From NCBI GenBank assembly GCA_040384805.1, contig JAZKIP010000008.1, forward strand, positions 36,749 to 100,748: DNA of 64,000 bases. The letters are read 5' to 3'. The stretch comes from Patescibacteria group bacterium (GTDB taxonomy: Bacteria; Patescibacteriota; Minisyncoccia; Phycocordibacterales; UBA9973). A program made the translations under genes and the position numbers. The notes beneath the pieces were generated by a model, which was not told the DNA's origin, ran no database searches, and worked only from the letters and a program-made list of their open reading frames with translations. The first letter of the stretch is position 1; every line of letters begins with the position of its first letter. This document shows, piece by piece, positions 42,329-51,543 of the stretch.

Positions 42329-42730
42329 TTAACGCACCTGAATGGATGACGCACTGACGCTTCCTTCGGGATTTGCCGTTCCCGTTATCGTAATTTCTTT
42401 TCCGATAATGACATCATCGAGAGTTCCTGTAGCCGTCTTCCCGACAGGTGTCGTTCCTGTAAAGAAAATGATCTTAGAGCCGCCAGTGCGATCTTTGATA
42501 GTAATACTAGTATCGTCTTTGGCGACCACTGTTCCCATGATTAGATTCGTTCCCGCCGCGCGGCCGGATATCATTCGATTATTCGCGCCTCCCGTCGTAC
42601 GGAATCCGCCTTGGAAATTCGGCGTGTTCGACTGTCTTTTCTTATTCGCATGCACCTGACCTGCATAAAAAGAGAGACCGGCGACCGCAATCAAAACGAT
42701 AATACTTACTATAATTGTTTTTTTATTCAT
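42329..42730 (-). CDS. small secreted protein (DUF5666-like beta-rich domain)
   Basis: Signal anchor IIVSIIVLIAVAGLSFYAG and Thr/Gly-rich beta repeats (SITIKDRTGGSKIIFFTGTTPVGK). Similar in character to the tandem protein at 55262-55912. Confidence 0.45.
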   Translation of the reverse strand: MNKKTIIVSIIVLIAVAGLSFYAGQVHANKKRQSNTPNFQGGFRTTGGANNRMISGRAAGTNLIMGTVVAKDDTSITIKDRTGGSKIIFFTGTTPVGKTATGTLDDVIIGKEITITGTANPEGSVSASSIQVR

Positions 42731-42761
42731 ATTTGTTCAGGCTTCTCCAAAATATATTCTT

Positions 42762-42864
42762 TTCCCCGCTTCCTATACATTTCTGAATGGTCTGGCCTCG
42801 CTCCTTTTAATCTATATGAGCGAGGAGATCCGAGGACCTGAAGAAATGTATAGGAAGCGGGGAA
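42762..42864. repeat. perfect 23-bp inverted repeat pair separated by 57 bp (nested hairpin)
   Basis: ttccccgcttcctatacatttct at 42762-42784 and its exact reverse complement at 42842-42864. An inner 8-bp stem cctcgctc/gagcgagg lies in the spacer. Intergenic, between two minus-strand genes. Confidence 0.6.
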
Positions 42865-42876
42865 TGATTGATAATT

Positions 42877-44100
42877 TTATTCATACCGTAGCGCTTCGAT
42901 CGGGTTGAGATTCGATGCGCGGCGGGCCGGATAATAGCCGAAAATAATACCGATCGCGGCCGATACTCCAAAGGCCAACAGTACCGAAGAAACCGATACG
43001 CTTGTCTGCAATATTCCCAATGATGAGACCGCAAATGAAATGAGCCATCCAAGCGCCACCCCTGCCACTCCCCCGATGAATGTGAGCATCGTCGCCTCGA
43101 TCAAGAACTGAAGGTTAATATCTTTCTTCTTGGCGCCGATCGCCTTGCGCAGGCCGATCTCACGCGTTCTTTCCGTGACGGTCGTGAGCATCATATTCAT
43201 GATACCGATACCTCCGACAAGAAGGGAGATTCCCGCAACGGCAGCCAAGAGTGTCGTGAATGTGCCTGTCACCGACGACGCAGCCGCAACGATATCAGCC
43301 TGATTAAGTGTTGAGAAATCCGCCGAAGCAGGATCTGAAATATTATGGCGGTCAAGAAGAATAGCCGTAACGTCAGTTTGTACCTGTGTCGTCGATTCGG
43401 CATCTAATGCCGCGATACTAATGCTCGACACATATTTATCACCCGAGAAATATCTCTGAGCTGTTGAAAGAGGAATATAGATTATATCATCGGCATTCTG
43501 GAACCCGGATCCGCCTTTCGCGCGGGTCACGCCGATAATCTTGAATTCGGTCTGCTTTATACGGATACTCTGCCCTACTACGGACGCGCCTTCGCCAAAA
43601 AGATCATCACGTGTCGAAGGACCAAGCACCGCTACTTTTGATCCGCTTTGATTATTGCTTTCTGTGATAAAGACTCCCTCTTCCACTTCCACATTGCGCA
43701 CTAGGGTGTACGAAGGAGTCACTCCGTTGACGGTCGTATTCGTGTTGGTGCCGCGCGCGGTCACTTGATACCGGCCGGAAACTTCGGCGGTCACCGCTTT
43801 GACCCCCGTGACATCCTCTGAAATTGCCGTCATATCTTCGACGGTCAAAGATTTCGCAGAACCGCGTCCCGCGCTTACAGAAACCCCCGCTCCCCTCTGA
43901 GCGCCCGGAGTAACGATAATGAGATTCGAGCCGATCGATTGAATGGAGGCTTCAATCGAGTTCTGAGCTCCCGTGCCAATGGCCGTCATCGCGATGACAG
44001 AACTAATGCCGATAATAATGCCGAGCATCGTAAGGCCCGAGCGAACTTTGTTCGCCGATAATGCACGGTATGTTTCTTCGAGGATATCGTTTAATTTCAT
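42877..44100 (-). CDS. ABC transporter permease, MacB/FtsX family
   Basis: N-terminal TM, a large periplasmic domain, then a C-terminal 3-TM FtsX domain (LTTVTERTREIGLRKAIGAKKKDINLQFLIEA). 407 aa. Confidence 0.85.
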   Translation of the reverse strand: MKLNDILEETYRALSANKVRSGLTMLGIIIGISSVIAMTAIGTGAQNSIEASIQSIGSNLIIVTPGAQRGAGVSVSAGRGSAKSLTVEDMTAISEDVTGVKAVTAEVSGRYQVTARGTNTNTTVNGVTPSYTLVRNVEVEEGVFITESNNQSGSKVAVLGPSTRDDLFGEGASVVGQSIRIKQTEFKIIGVTRAKGGSGFQNADDIIYIPLSTAQRYFSGDKYVSSISIAALDAESTTQVQTDVTAILLDRHNISDPASADFSTLNQADIVAAASSVTGTFTTLLAAVAGISLLVGGIGIMNMMLTTVTERTREIGLRKAIGAKKKDINLQFLIEATMLTFIGGVAGVALGWLISFAVSSLGILQTSVSVSSVLLAFGVSAAIGIIFGYYPARRASNLNPIEALRYE

Positions 44101-44804
44101 ATATGATGGGCGTGTTTTTTATTTTCCGTCTTCTTGTCGCTTTGAATGACACCATCGCGGATATGGATGATGCGGTCTGCGTGTTCCGCAACATCCTGCT
44201 CGTGAGTAATAAGAATAATCGTCCGGCCTAAGTCCTTATTGAGCTTCTGAAATGTACCGAGCACGATCTCGCCTGTCTTCGAATCAAGATTCCCCGTGGG
44301 CTCGTCGGCAAGAATAAGCGCCGGTTCGTTCACGAGCGCCCGAGCGATGGCAACGCGCTGAATCTGCCCACCTGAGAGCTGATTGGACAGATGGCTGAAA
44401 TGCGCTTCGTCGAGACCCGAAGCGGCAAGTGCTTTTTTTGCGCGCGCCTCTCTTTCACTTTTGGGAACGCCGCTGTAAATAAGAGGAAGGCTTACATTGC
44501 GCAATACGCTTGTCCGGGGCAAGAGATTGAACGCCTGAAAGACGAATCCGATCTTATCATGGCGGATAACAGCAAGATCGTCATCGGAAAGCTCCGAGAC
44601 ATCTTTGCCGTCAAGATGATACGAGCCAGATGTCGGCGTATCAAGAGCGCCGAGAATATGCATAAGCGTTGACTTGCCTGATCCTGACGGACCCATGATC
44701 GCAACGAATTCTCCATCCTCGATGGTAAAACTCACACCTTTAAGAGCTTGAAAATCAATATCTCCCGTTTTATATGTTTTTGTAATGTCTTTGACTTCAA
44801 TCAT
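44097..44804 (-). CDS. ABC transporter ATP-binding protein (MacB/LolD-type)
   Basis: Walker [10 protein letters not shown], signature [15 protein letters not shown], Walker [14 protein letters not shown]-loop ITHE. 235 aa. Confidence 0.9.
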   Translation of the reverse strand: MIEVKDITKTYKTGDIDFQALKGVSFTIEDGEFVAIMGPSGSGKSTLMHILGALDTPTSGSYHLDGKDVSELSDDDLAVIRHDKIGFVFQAFNLLPRTSVLRNVSLPLIYSGVPKSEREARAKKALAASGLDEAHFSHLSNQLSGGQIQRVAIARALVNEPALILADEPTGNLDSKTGEIVLGTFQKLNKDLGRTIILITHEQDVAEHADRIIHIRDGVIQSDKKTENKKHAHHI

Positions 44805-44805
44805 A

Positions 44806-46380
44806 TTATCGTCCGATCGCGCGGAATGTCGCGCCTCCTGTGGTACCTCCTCCCCTGTTCTGTCCGCCCAAAAGGCTCGTTGCCGACGGCGCGGCAGATG
44901 ATGCGGATTTACCGGAAGTAGTAATGGTTCGAGACACTACCTTGTCTCCTTCGGCAAGCCCCGATATAATTTCAGTCGTCGTATCGTCGGATAATCCGAC
45001 TTCGACTTCCTGCTCGCGTGGCGGAGTTTCCGAAAGCGATCCTTGTGTGCCAAGTTCAGGCTCTGGAAGATCGCTATCGAACATTTCGACATAGGAGATG
45101 CCATTTCGAACTTTCACCGCGCTTGCGGGAATGGTCAAAACATCCTGCGCGATGCCGGCCACAATGGCGGCCGTTACGCTCATACCCGGTTTAACCCTCT
45201 CGTCCTCGCTTGCAAAGCTTATTTTGACGGTATAGTTTACGACTCCCTGCGTCACGGTTCCGACAGGATCGATTGAGACGACTTCTCCCGCAATCGAGAG
45301 GTCTTCGATTGCATCGAAGGTAAGAGTTGCCTTATCCGAAAGAGCAATCTTCGCGACATCGACTTCATTAAGCGTAATAGTTGCGATCTTTTGGTGAGTG
45401 ATAATCGATCCGAGAGTACCGCTTGCCGTCGTTCCTACCGACACACCAACGGTTGCGATAGTACCGTCAAAAGGAGCTGTGACATAATAATCTGACAACG
45501 CTTGTCTGGCATCAGTGAGAGCGTTTTCCTTTTGCCGAACGGAAAGTTCTCGTGAGACGATCGTGGCTTCGGCCTGTTGAAGAGTTTTTTTCGATGATTG
45601 TTCTCTTTCATTATATGATCGCAGATTTGAGAGATAGGATTTTGAGCTCGGAGATGGAACATCGATATACCATTTTTCATTTGCTCTGGGTAACGATGAG
45701 AATGTGACATACAAACCTTGTGTCCCTAGAGCTTTCGGAACATTAACGTCGATGGGGAAAGCGCCCGATTCAAGACCCGTATAATTGACGCAGACGATAC
45801 CCTCACAAGCATAGACAGATAAAGTATACTGACCCTGCGCCACGGAATTATATGAGCCAGAGAGGGTTACGATATTCGTATTGCTATTGGTATCATCAGG
45901 CACGGCAATAACATCACTGTTTAAATTAAGCATAAGATTTTGGAGAGACGAGTTCTCTGAAACTTTGGTATCCTCATAATCGCGGCGCGCATCGGCAAGA
46001 TCGTTACGAGCGATTTCCAAAGCAAGCGTCGTATCTCGAACCGCTTTCTCCGCGCTTTGTGCATTGATGGAAAAAAGGGTCTTGCCTTTCTTGACCGTAT
46101 CGCCTGCTTTGACACCGACATATGTTACTTCTCCGCTTGATTGTGATTGAAGATCAACATGGCTTGAGGCCGATACCTGTCCGCTTCCGGAAATGGATAC
46201 GACAACGGTGCCTTTCGCGGCAGCCGATTCCACATAGCGCGTCACAGTGTCGTCATTTCCGCCGAATACTTTATACCCCACAAAGACAAGGATCGCGACG
46301 ATAACAAGCGTCCATATTTTGTGAGTGACAACGAAAGACCGTATTTTCTGAAAAAATCTCGAAGATGTTATCTTGTTCAT
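44806..46380 (-). CDS. HlyD/MacA-type periplasmic adaptor (membrane fusion protein)
   Basis: N-terminal TM, then coiled-coil-like stretches flanked by beta-barrel segments. 524 aa. Immediately upstream of the ABC ATPase and permease. Confidence 0.7.
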   Translation of the reverse strand: MNKITSSRFFQKIRSFVVTHKIWTLVIVAILVFVGYKVFGGNDDTVTRYVESAAAKGTVVVSISGSGQVSASSHVDLQSQSSGEVTYVGVKAGDTVKKGKTLFSINAQSAEKAVRDTTLALEIARNDLADARRDYEDTKVSENSSLQNLMLNLNSDVIAVPDDTNSNTNIVTLSGSYNSVAQGQYTLSVYACEGIVCVNYTGLESGAFPIDVNVPKALGTQGLYVTFSSLPRANEKWYIDVPSPSSKSYLSNLRSYNEREQSSKKTLQQAEATIVSRELSVRQKENALTDARQALSDYYVTAPFDGTIATVGVSVGTTASGTLGSIITHQKIATITLNEVDVAKIALSDKATLTFDAIEDLSIAGEVVSIDPVGTVTQGVVNYTVKISFASEDERVKPGMSVTAAIVAGIAQDVLTIPASAVKVRNGISYVEMFDSDLPEPELGTQGSLSETPPREQEVEVGLSDDTTTEIISGLAEGDKVVSRTITTSGKSASSAAPSATSLLGGQNRGGGTTGGATFRAIGR

Positions 46381-46382
46381 AA

Positions 46383-46904
46383 TTATTGGGCCATGCCGGG
46401 ATTAATTACATTATAATATTCAGGCGGGGTTGGCAGTATGCGTATTAATTTGGCCTCGACTTGGCCTTCTGTATTCGGTGAACCAATGACAACGATAAAG
46501 CTATCGACGGTCAAATCATCCTTCGTCGCATTTTCCCTGAACTTGCGAATATCGGTATTCTCCGTGATACGGATAATCTTTTCAGTCTCATCTTTATCTT
46601 CGACGATCAAGGTTGGGTATTCGACTTTCACAATTTTTCCGATAGCGCCATGGGCATTGGGGAAATTCTCAGGCATCGAAACGATCATCATGCGGCCGCG
46701 CTCGGCGGGACCGAAATTACGGACATAATTATCATGCCATGCTCTTCCGTACGAGGCTTTGCGAAATCCGACCATGACGCCCGCTTGAAAAATGGCGCTT
46801 GTTATAAGAAGAATGCAGAAGACAGAGATAATGATTTTAAAAGTTTTCGATCGAACCGCTTGTGTAAGCGTGTCGGGGGTCTTGGTATCTGTATCATGAT
46901 TCAT
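46383..46904 (-). CDS. hypothetical membrane protein
   Basis: Single TM (IIISVFCILLITSAIFQAGVMVGF). 173 aa. No motif. Confidence 0.4.
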   Translation of the reverse strand: MNHDTDTKTPDTLTQAVRSKTFKIIISVFCILLITSAIFQAGVMVGFRKASYGRAWHDNYVRNFGPAERGRMMIVSMPENFPNAHGAIGKIVKVEYPTLIVEDKDETEKIIRITENTDIRKFRENATKDDLTVDSFIVVIGSPNTEGQVEAKLIRILPTPPEYYNVINPGMAQ

Positions 46905-46930
46905 ATGTGATGTATTTTATATAATAATTA

Positions 46931-47368
46931 TTATGCCGCTCGTAACGATCCCCTCCAGCCGGATATGGTGCGCCTGCCGAAAATAAGGATAAGCAGAAGC
47001 GATCCGAGACACAGAACCAAAGTTGTGGCCGGCAAAGCATCGACAAGAGAAAAGAGAAACTCCTTCCAATACAGTGTCACTGCCTGCGTGTCGGAAAAGA
47101 GAAGCGACATATACTGATAAAACCCTGTTTGGCTAAATTGCGATGTCAGGCTCTCTATGATAAGTATTGAAAAACCGAGAGACAGGAGAGTTGCGCCCAG
47201 ATTTATCGAGCGGTTGATGACTGTAAGCTTCTTCTGTCGCGATACGATGCGGAAAAGGATATGATCTGAAAGCCCGGCATCGGGATAATAAAGAGGCTCT
47301 TTCAACGCTATCTCCAGTTTTTCTTCCATACTGTTGTTATATACGGGGGGCATATGATTTTGGTGCAA
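46931..47368 (-). CDS. putative anti-sigma factor (membrane protein downstream of ECF sigma)
   Basis: The start overlaps the sigma gene stop. Two hydrophobic segments. The call rests on position relative to the ECF sigma gene only. Confidence 0.4.
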   Translation of the reverse strand: MHQNHMPPVYNNSMEEKLEIALKEPLYYPDAGLSDHILFRIVSRQKKLTVINRSINLGATLLSLGFSILIIESLTSQFSQTGFYQYMSLLFSDTQAVTLYWKEFLFSLVDALPATTLVLCLGSLLLILIFGRRTISGWRGSLRAA

Positions 47369-47917
47369 TCAGCTCATCATTGCCCGGAGCTTTTGCACTG
47401 CTCTTCTGTGATGGCTTTTGACGGTGTTAAGCGGCTTCGACAGGACTTCTCCTATTTCGGCAAATGTCATGTCTTCCCCGTAATACATAAGGAGAACGGT
47501 TTGATAATCAGCCGGAAGCTTTGCGATCATGCCATTGAGAAAGGTCTTGTCTTCGAGCTTCTCGAGCATCTCGTCAGGAAGAGGGCTTTCATCTGCGATC
47601 GATTCGTCAAAGGAATCCGTATCGTCGTTTTGAATATCGGAGAAAACAAGCGACCGTTTCTTTCGCAGATGATCGATGATCGTATTGCGCGCGATGGCAA
47701 AAATCCATGTCTTGAAGCGAGCTTTCGACGCGTTGAATTTTCCGATGCTTTTCCACGCCTTAATGAAAACATCCTGAACGACATCAGCCGCGTGGAATGT
47801 TCCCGTGAAGCGGGCAGTAAAGTTGTAGAGAATGGGCGTATAGCGGTCAATCAGAATTTTGAGCGCCTGCGGATCACCTTCGAGATATTGTGTAATTACA
47901 TCTTCATCAGTGTCCAT
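47369..47917 (-). CDS. ECF-type RNA polymerase sigma factor (sigma-70 family)
   Basis: Region 2 FIKAWKSIGKFNASKARFKTWIFAIARNTIIDHLRKK and region 4 MTFAEIGEVLSKPLNTVKSHHRRAVQKLR. 182 aa. Confidence 0.85.
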   Translation of the reverse strand: MDTDEDVITQYLEGDPQALKILIDRYTPILYNFTARFTGTFHAADVVQDVFIKAWKSIGKFNASKARFKTWIFAIARNTIIDHLRKKRSLVFSDIQNDDTDSFDESIADESPLPDEMLEKLEDKTFLNGMIAKLPADYQTVLLMYYGEDMTFAEIGEVLSKPLNTVKSHHRRAVQKLRAMMS

Positions 47918-47960
47918 TTATACACTATACCTTTAAATTCTGATTTTGGGGAAGAGTATT

Positions 47961-49433
47961 TTATTTCTCAAGATCCAATATCTCGTCAATGCGGATCTGC
48001 GAAACGAAATCCGGCACATGAGACACAAGGATCATCGCTCCCTCATATGAATCGAGCGCTTTAGCGATAACAGGCAAATGACGGAAATTGATATGGTTCG
48101 TCGGCTCATCAAGGATCAGAAGTCCGGGGCGCTCGATCACGAGACGGGCAAAGGCAACGAGGCCCTTCTGGCCTTCGGAAAGGCTTCCGATCCTCGTATG
48201 GACCATATCGCCTGTGATAAGGAAGCTTGCGGCAACAGCGCGCAGATTTTGTTCATCAACGCGGCCGTTAACAGACCGCGACATTTCGGCAAGCGAATCA
48301 AATACCGTATCGTCGAAATTAAGCGTCGAGAAATCCTGACGGTAATATCCGACACGAACGCATGGCGCAATGAGAGACCCCTCCGCTTTCCCCCCCGCAA
48401 GAGACTCGAGAAGAGTGCTCTTGCCGATGCCGTTAGGGCCGACAAGCAGAAGATGCTTGTTGCGGCGCAAAGCGATCGAAACTTTTTTCTTGGCGGGTTT
48501 TCCATTTTTTAAAACAGTGACGGATGAAAGAGTGACGATATCGCCAATAAGATCTCCTTGAAATGGTATGGTAAAGGGCCGAATTGTCTTGTCCTCCTTT
48601 CGCACGTCCACTTTCTCTTCCTCAAGATCTTCGGCAAGCTCGCGCATGCGTTTGGCAACCGCGCGCAGATTTCCTCCTTTCATGGCAAATGCATTGGCCT
48701 GCTCTTTCTTGGCAAGGATTTCCTTCGACAAGAGCGCGTTCTTGCGGTTCTCGCGTTCCATGCGCGCTGTTATCTGATCCCGAACATCGGTGTAGTTTCC
48801 GACATATTGCTCGATCTTGCGCGTATACACATCAAGATACAAGACAGCATCAGTAAATGAATTGAGAAATTCGGCATCGTGAGAGATGACAATAACTGTC
48901 TTTTTGTATTTCACCAGAAAATCAGTAAGATGCTTGATTCCCGCCTTGTCGAGATTATTTGTCGGCTCATCAAGAAGGAGAATATCCGGTTCCTGAATGA
49001 GAGCCGAGGCAAGAAGCAATCGCGCCTGCTGACCGCCCGAGAAAGACCTCATGATTCTGTCATGGACTTTCTCATGACCTTTCAGATTAACAATTTCCAA
49101 TACGTCATCGATCTTGGGATCAATGTCGTATACTTTCTTATCAAAGCGCTTCTCAAAGAATTCCCGGACTGAAAGATCAAGCTCATCGCGCGGAATCACC
49201 TGCCGCGACAATGCGATCGTTGCCCGCTGAGCAAGATGAATCTGTCCGTCCTCGGGCTGATTCTGCCCGGTGATGAGGGAGAAGATGGTACTTTTGCCGG
49301 CGCCGTTCTGGCCCATGATCGTGACCTTCATGCCGCGGCGCACCGAAAAATCAACAGTATCGAGGATCGATTTGTTGTGACCGTATTCAAATGAGACTTT
49401 TTCAAAGCGTATGACGACTTCCCCGTGAGACAT
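47961..49433 (-). CDS. ABC-F family ATPase (two tandem ABC domains, no TMD)
   Basis: Two Walker A motifs (GQNGAGKST, GPNGIGKST), two signature motifs (FSGGQQARL, LSEGQKGLV), and an inter-domain linker. 490 aa, in the size range of ARE-type ABC-F proteins. Confidence 0.85.
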   Translation of the reverse strand: MSHGEVVIRFEKVSFEYGHNKSILDTVDFSVRRGMKVTIMGQNGAGKSTIFSLITGQNQPEDGQIHLAQRATIALSRQVIPRDELDLSVREFFEKRFDKKVYDIDPKIDDVLEIVNLKGHEKVHDRIMRSFSGGQQARLLLASALIQEPDILLLDEPTNNLDKAGIKHLTDFLVKYKKTVIVISHDAEFLNSFTDAVLYLDVYTRKIEQYVGNYTDVRDQITARMERENRKNALLSKEILAKKEQANAFAMKGGNLRAVAKRMRELAEDLEEEKVDVRKEDKTIRPFTIPFQGDLIGDIVTLSSVTVLKNGKPAKKKVSIALRRNKHLLLVGPNGIGKSTLLESLAGGKAEGSLIAPCVRVGYYRQDFSTLNFDDTVFDSLAEMSRSVNGRVDEQNLRAVAASFLITGDMVHTRIGSLSEGQKGLVAFARLVIERPGLLILDEPTNHINFRHLPVIAKALDSYEGAMILVSHVPDFVSQIRIDEILDLEK

Positions 49434-49492
49434 AGGTCTTCATACTACAGCATGTGGGCTTAAATTGAAAGATGCGGTCTCGCAACCAGCAC

Positions 49493-49521
49493 AAAAAGGC
49501 CGCTTCATATGTGAAGCGGCC
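49493..49521 (-). terminator. intrinsic terminator/attenuator hairpin in ABC-F leader region
   Basis: Minus strand GGCCGCUUCA-CAUA-UGAAGCGGCC followed by UUUUU, about 60 nt upstream of the ABC-F AUG and about 160 nt downstream of the riboflavin kinase stop. Confidence 0.5.
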
Positions 49522-49681
49522 CCGGATAAACCAACAAGCCACATATTAGTAACACAGCCAAGGAAGGACCCATTCACGGCCTAAGAGAACCAAGGACTGG
49601 CCATACTCTCTCTGTGAATGCAGAAGATTCAACCTTATTGAAGCATATCTGTTTTATTATGTAAATATCCAGAAACAATAC

Positions 49682-50053
49682 TTACGATAGAATCGCATTC
49701 ACTTTCTTGATGTCTTCTGCAATCTGATGCAAGAGATCCTCCGGATTGGCGAAATTCTTTATCTCGCGCAAGCGCTTTACAACATCGATTTCTATATCTA
49801 CCCCTTCCGTATCCGGAACAGTTTCGTCCGTAATGTTGAGCAAATATACTTCAAGGGTATACTCTTTCTCATTGAAAGTCGGCACCGGGCCGTAATGAAG
49901 AGCGCCTTTGTATGTTTTATTGCGAACAACTACCCACGAGGCGTAAATGCCCGGGTCCAATGCCAGATCTTCGGGCGCCTCAAGATTGATCGTCGGAAAT
50001 CCGAGCGTATGCCCGCGACCCTTGCCTTTAATGTGTTGTGCGTGGAATATCAT
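49682..50053 (-). CDS. riboflavin kinase (monofunctional, RibF C-terminal-domain type)
   Basis: GKGRGHTLGFPTINL and the overall riboflavin-kinase beta-barrel pattern. 123 aa. Confidence 0.75.
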   Translation of the reverse strand: MIFHAQHIKGKGRGHTLGFPTINLEAPEDLALDPGIYASWVVVRNKTYKGALHYGPVPTFNEKEYTLEVYLLNITDETVPDTEGVDIEIDVVKRLREIKNFANPEDLLHQIAEDIKKVNAILS

Positions 50054-50960
50054 ATGATTGTAACCGTGAGATCCTGTACATCGCGTATGTAAGAATAAGT
50101 GCGGCGATCCACTGCGACCATGACAATACCGTATGGTAGACTGTCATATCGATAATGATGGCGACGAACGGAAACGCGAGCTCAAGTATGGTTGAAATAT
50201 GAACAGGCGTCTTTGATAGTCCTTTGTAATAGATAAGAAGCGCGACCATGCCTGTCGAAAGAGCGATCAAGGCAAAGAGGCCGAATTGCGAAGGCGTGGG
50301 AGCTCCCAATGAGCTTCCGTATCCGAAAGCGAATATGACGGCAAGAGCAATAATGCTCGTAAATAAAAAGCGGTAAAACGTGCTCACCTTATGAGACACT
50401 TTCGAGAGGGTCATCTTCGAAAATGTGGTCGATGTTCCCCATGCGAAAGCCGCTCCGAGCGCGTAGAGCGCGGCGATGATCGTTCCCTCGCCTGTCTCGA
50501 TATTGACTATGCCATTCTTAAACGTTACGAAGTATGCAGCGACGATGGCAATGACGGCCCAGCGAATATATTTTCGATTGAACTTTTCTTTGAGAAATAG
50601 CGAGGCACTCGTAATGGCAAATATGGGCTGAAGCTTCTGGAGAAGAAAGACAACCGAGAAGGAAATAAAATGGACTTTCAACAAAGCTGTCGTAAACCAG
50701 AGCGTCCCGAGAAGGCCGCTTAAGATCGCGATCAGAAGCAAAAGCCACATCTGCTTGCGGGGCACTCTTTCGGTGCGCAGGCTTTTCCATATAAACGGTG
50801 TGAGAATAATAAGGCCGATCAGATGTTCGAAGAATATGATCGTAATCGGAGGAAGAGTATATAAAAATCGTCGAATCACTCCGTCGAATGCCCACAGCAA
50901 TGCCGCAATAATAATGAGAAGCGGCCCGTTGGTACTTTTGAATAATTTCATATAGATCAA
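50028..50960 (-). CDS. EamA/DMT-family transporter
   Basis: 10-TM topology with two EamA-like halves. 310 aa. Confidence 0.7.
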   Translation of the reverse strand: MIYMKLFKSTNGPLLIIIAALLWAFDGVIRRFLYTLPPITIIFFEHLIGLIILTPFIWKSLRTERVPRKQMWLLLLIAILSGLLGTLWFTTALLKVHFISFSVVFLLQKLQPIFAITSASLFLKEKFNRKYIRWAVIAIVAAYFVTFKNGIVNIETGEGTIIAALYALGAAFAWGTSTTFSKMTLSKVSHKVSTFYRFLFTSIIALAVIFAFGYGSSLGAPTPSQFGLFALIALSTGMVALLIYYKGLSKTPVHISTILELAFPFVAIIIDMTVYHTVLSWSQWIAALILTYAMYRISRLQSYDIPRTTH

Positions 50961-51063
50961 AGTATACTATTTTCTTTTATGTGTAGATATTGATTTTATA
51001 TCAAGATATGTTATAATAAGTAGGATAAGATTTTGTTATTTTGTTCATTTAAATCAAAGCACA

Positions 51064-51489
51064 ATGATAATCCAATTTACGCGGTTGATTATTATCAACA
51101 AAAAACTGCCTGACAACCTATCTCCAGATGACATTAAAGCCCAAACTGTGGGAAGAGTCGCCCTTTTTTGCGCCAACACCAGACCGGAAATGATACTGAC
51201 CGGAAAAACTCTTTCCCAAACTGTGGGAGTCGATGTTATCGAATCGGAATATTTTGATGCTATGCACATTACAGGATATTCATACCCCGGATTTGAAATC
51301 ATCAAGAAAGCCGAAGCGGATACCGCAATAGTAATAGGCAATTCATTTTTCCTTGTTTCCTTTTTAGGATCTCTGGAGAAGATAAAGGGGGTAAATATCG
51401 CCAATTCTGTCATTATGAACAAGCAAATCTATAGTTCAACCGTAACACTCATTGACTGGACGGAAGACGTAAAGATAGAGAGGCTGTGA
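51064..51489 (+). CDS. hypothetical protein
   Basis: 141 aa with an AT-rich upstream region. No recognisable motif. Confidence 0.35.
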   Translation: MIIQFTRLIIINKKLPDNLSPDDIKAQTVGRVALFCANTRPEMILTGKTLSQTVGVDVIESEYFDAMHITGYSYPGFEIIKKAEADTAIVIGNSFFLVSFLGSLEKIKGVNIANSVIMNKQIYSSTVTLIDWTEDVKIERL

Positions 51490-51543
51490 TAACTTCCGTA
51501 TTGATAATCAATGAAGCGTTGGCCTAAAAAAGGTCAGCGCTTT

